DNA of 63,438 bases, counting the filler, from Craspedostauros australis (taxonomy: Eukaryota): NCBI GenBank assembly GCA_030167865.1. It is 19 parts of 19 records of this genome, joined end to end, with 100 filler letters (N's around TTAATTAATTAA, not from the genome) between each part and the next. Parts side by side here need not be neighbours in the genome. Positions count along the whole stretch, not along the records: positions 61,083 to 62,150 come from JALAGF010000631.1; positions 62,251 to 63,438 come from JALAGF010000632.1; 17 more parts are not named here. One strand, written 5' to 3'. The notes beneath the pieces were generated by a model. The model had not been told where the DNA came from. It ran no database searches and worked only from the letters and a program-made list of their open reading frames with translations. Below are positions 61,083-63,438 of the stretch, piece by piece. Every line of letters begins with the position of its first letter. Position 1 is the stretch's first letter. The position numbers and the translations under genes are program-made.

Positions 61083-62150
61083 CCCTGCTGTTCGAGAGAT
61101 GGTGTACGCGTCAACGTGACCTAACTTTTTATGAATTGTGTTGATGTCGACTGGTGCGTCGGTCGATACGCCAACATGAGCTTGGTCGTCGGCCTTGGCG
61201 TTGCTCACCATGTTCACTCCGCACACGAAACCGCTCTGGGTTGCCATGATGCGGTCAAAGCTGATGCGCACGCTGCCTTTCTTCAGGCTGATCACGATGC
61301 CGCGGTTGCTAATGTCGAAACCATTCTCGAGAGCTTTGTTAATGCTCAGTAGGTTCACCCACAGCTTCGGCACGTACTTCACTGACTTGAGCACAACGAT
61401 GGATGTCTTTCCATTCTTCTGCATGACGCTCATGCGCTTGTCCCCGACCTTGGTTGCCTTGAGGAAGCGTCCGCTTCCGATCTTAACGTCCTGATCGGAG
61501 ATGCGAACGTTGGTCATTCCTTCGTCGCTGTTGGTGAGGTGGCATGATGCGCCCGAATCCCCCAACCAGGTATTGGTCTCGTAGCTGTCCGGTTGTCGCG
61601 TGTTTTCGCCTCGCCTGTGTTCACAGACAAGTTGGTCACATTTTCCAATTCGTTCGTGTTTCTCGAGGTGGGCACACAAATCAATTCGTCTGTCATCACA
61701 AGAGCTACGTCGTTATTTCCCTCCATCCCATCGGTTGCCACATTAGCCGAGTCTGCCTCTTTCATGGCTGCCTTCAGCTTGAAGCACTGTAGGATCTTGT
61801 GTCCCTTCTTACCACAGTACTTACATTCCCCATTGAACTTGGGCTTGCTGTTGTTGACTCCTTGGCCACTCTTCTTGTTCTTGCCGTTGTCTTTCTTGGG
61901 GGCGGAGCGGCAGTCTGCTTTCTTGTGGCCGTAGGCACCACAGTTGCGGCAGTGACCTTTGAAGCCTCCTACTGCAGCGAATGCAGTCTCTTCCCTGTTA
62001 CTGTTGTTCTCACGTCTGTTGCCGCCCAGTTTGAGGTATCGGCCGTCGTAGGTGGCACTGACAGCTTCGCGGATGTCTTCGAGGGTCATGGTATCCTCCA
62101 TACCGTCGAACTTGAGCTCCAAGAGCTTCACGTCCGTCTCGTATTCCCTT
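61083..62150 (-). mobile_element. Ty1/Copia gag (two CCHC knuckles), protease and GAG-pre-integrase start, with a frameshift between gag and protease
   Basis: CRNCGAYGHKKADC and CKYCGKKGHKILQC in one frame. TWLGDSGASCH, VKYVPKLWVNLLSI and HKKLGH in the -1 frame. Confidence 0.92.
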
Positions 62151-62250
62151 NNNNNNNNNNNNNNNNNNNNNNNNNNNNNNNNNNNNNNNNNNNNTTAATT
62201 AATTAANNNNNNNNNNNNNNNNNNNNNNNNNNNNNNNNNNNNNNNNNNNN

Positions 62251-62600
62251 ACCTGACCGCGGCGTACTACAGCTCACAACGAGACGCGAAGAAAACAGCC
62301 ACGGCAGCAGGTACGACCAACAACAACAACAAAAAGGCATCAGGATCATCACCATCACCACCATCACCAACAGCAACTGCTATGGAACCAACAGGTACGA
62401 AACCATCAGATAAGCAGAAGAGCCAAGAAGAGGAAGAGATGGAAGAAGAGGAAAGGGAGAATAGGATGTGGTGTGAGGCCAACACCACCAGGAGGCACGC
62501 GGAGAACGAAGAGATGGTCCCGCAAGAAGTGAGGGATGCGATTCGNNNNNNNNNNNNNNNNNNNNNNNNNNNNNNNNNNNNNGAACAAAATAAGGACTAA
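62251..62600 (+). mobile_element. 3' end of the Sola3-like transposase ORF, second copy
   Basis: 62251-62377 matches 42494-42612 and continues in one frame (LTAAYYSSQRDAKK...PTATAMEPTG...EQNKD*) across a small N gap. Confidence 0.65.
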
Positions 62601-63438
62601 TTAATTCAAAATGTGAACAAATTCGCCAAAACCAAGAACACAAACACGTTATTTTGGATCGAACTTGTCGGATGTCTATCGCTCAGTTTAGGAATTGTCC
62701 AAAAAAGCGCACATTGACAGGTCCATAAAACCTAAACTACGGACTTCAAGGCTTTGGGTAATTTTCCTGTTGCTATGGACGCTATAATGAGTTGGTTTAT
62801 ATGCTTGGTTGTGTTGAAATCGAAGAAAAAGTGCCACTCTACTTTACCAAAGGTTGGTCCACTCGCTCACCTGGGTCTTAACCAGCCCTTTTGAAGTGCC
62901 GATTTGCATCAACCAGCCTGTTTTTACAACACTTAGTGGCACAAAACGTCCAAATGTCCATGCGACATCCCATGGACACAGGGATTTCGCATCGACTGCC
63001 ATGGTTAGTGCATAAATATAGACTACCTGTACCCCACAGGAAAACTTCAAGCCACATCATATTATACATGTTTATCATCATCTTCATATTGCCAGTATAG
63101 TCCACACGAATGTACACCATCTAATGAGGGAAATACGTGGCTACTTTAGTTGTAGATATGTACATCATCCATCTGTTTGCTCCAATTTCTTGCGTTGTGG
63201 ATCGTATTCTGACGACATCTTCATTGCAAAGGGCAAAAATAGTACAGTTCAACAAATTCAGCGCATCGAAGGCATTCCAATGGGTATACAAATAGCTTGT
63301 GAGTGACTGGATTCATCTAGAATGTGTTGCGGATTGTACGTGGCCAAATCACGTGATACCGCACGGTGGCTGTGTGCGGTGTGCAGGGTGTTGACCAAAC
63401 CTTCATATGAAAGATTCAACATATACCATTCCACCAAT

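Noticed and set aside
27459..62250. Regularly recurring TTAATTAATTAA as a biological repeat or TTAA target site, and apparent TE 'cluster' synteny
   Set aside because: Always centred in exactly 44+44 Ns. It is a six-frame-stop concatenation linker, so neighbouring contigs are not physically adjacent.

Overview
Eukaryotic genomic DNA, most likely a pennate diatom (bipartite plastid-targeting leaders, diatom-type TPI, CoDi-like Copia and Ambal-like LINEs; inferred from remembered motifs, no search run). The window is not one locus. Bases 1-27458 are one gene-rich contig. After that, 18 short unplaced contigs are joined by an artificial 100-bp linker (N44-TTAATTAATTAA-N44), so adjacency across linkers is meaningless. 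The first contig carries a spliced 5-TM Tweety/prominin-like gene, a 1264-aa acidic hypothetical, an intronless transglutaminase-like gene, a Gfo/Idh/MocA oxidoreductase, a plastid M50 (EGY-like) protease, a plastid hypothetical, a MATH-BTB protein, a PLP-dependent D-cysteine desulfhydrase/ACC deaminase-family gene and a frameshifted ankyrin gene. The small contigs are mostly mobile DNA: two Ambal-like LINE families (one nested in the other), several Ty1/Copia fragments, a Sola3-like transposase and a piggyBac 3' end. They also hold a collapsed 2672-bp tandem TPI unit and some host gene fragments. The most notable observations are a Copia LTR that appears to end AG...CT rather than TG...CA, modular LINE ORF1 N-termini (PHD vs RGG), the tandem TPI unit with 5- and 9-nt microexons, and an 84-bp promoter-like block shared by unrelated loci.
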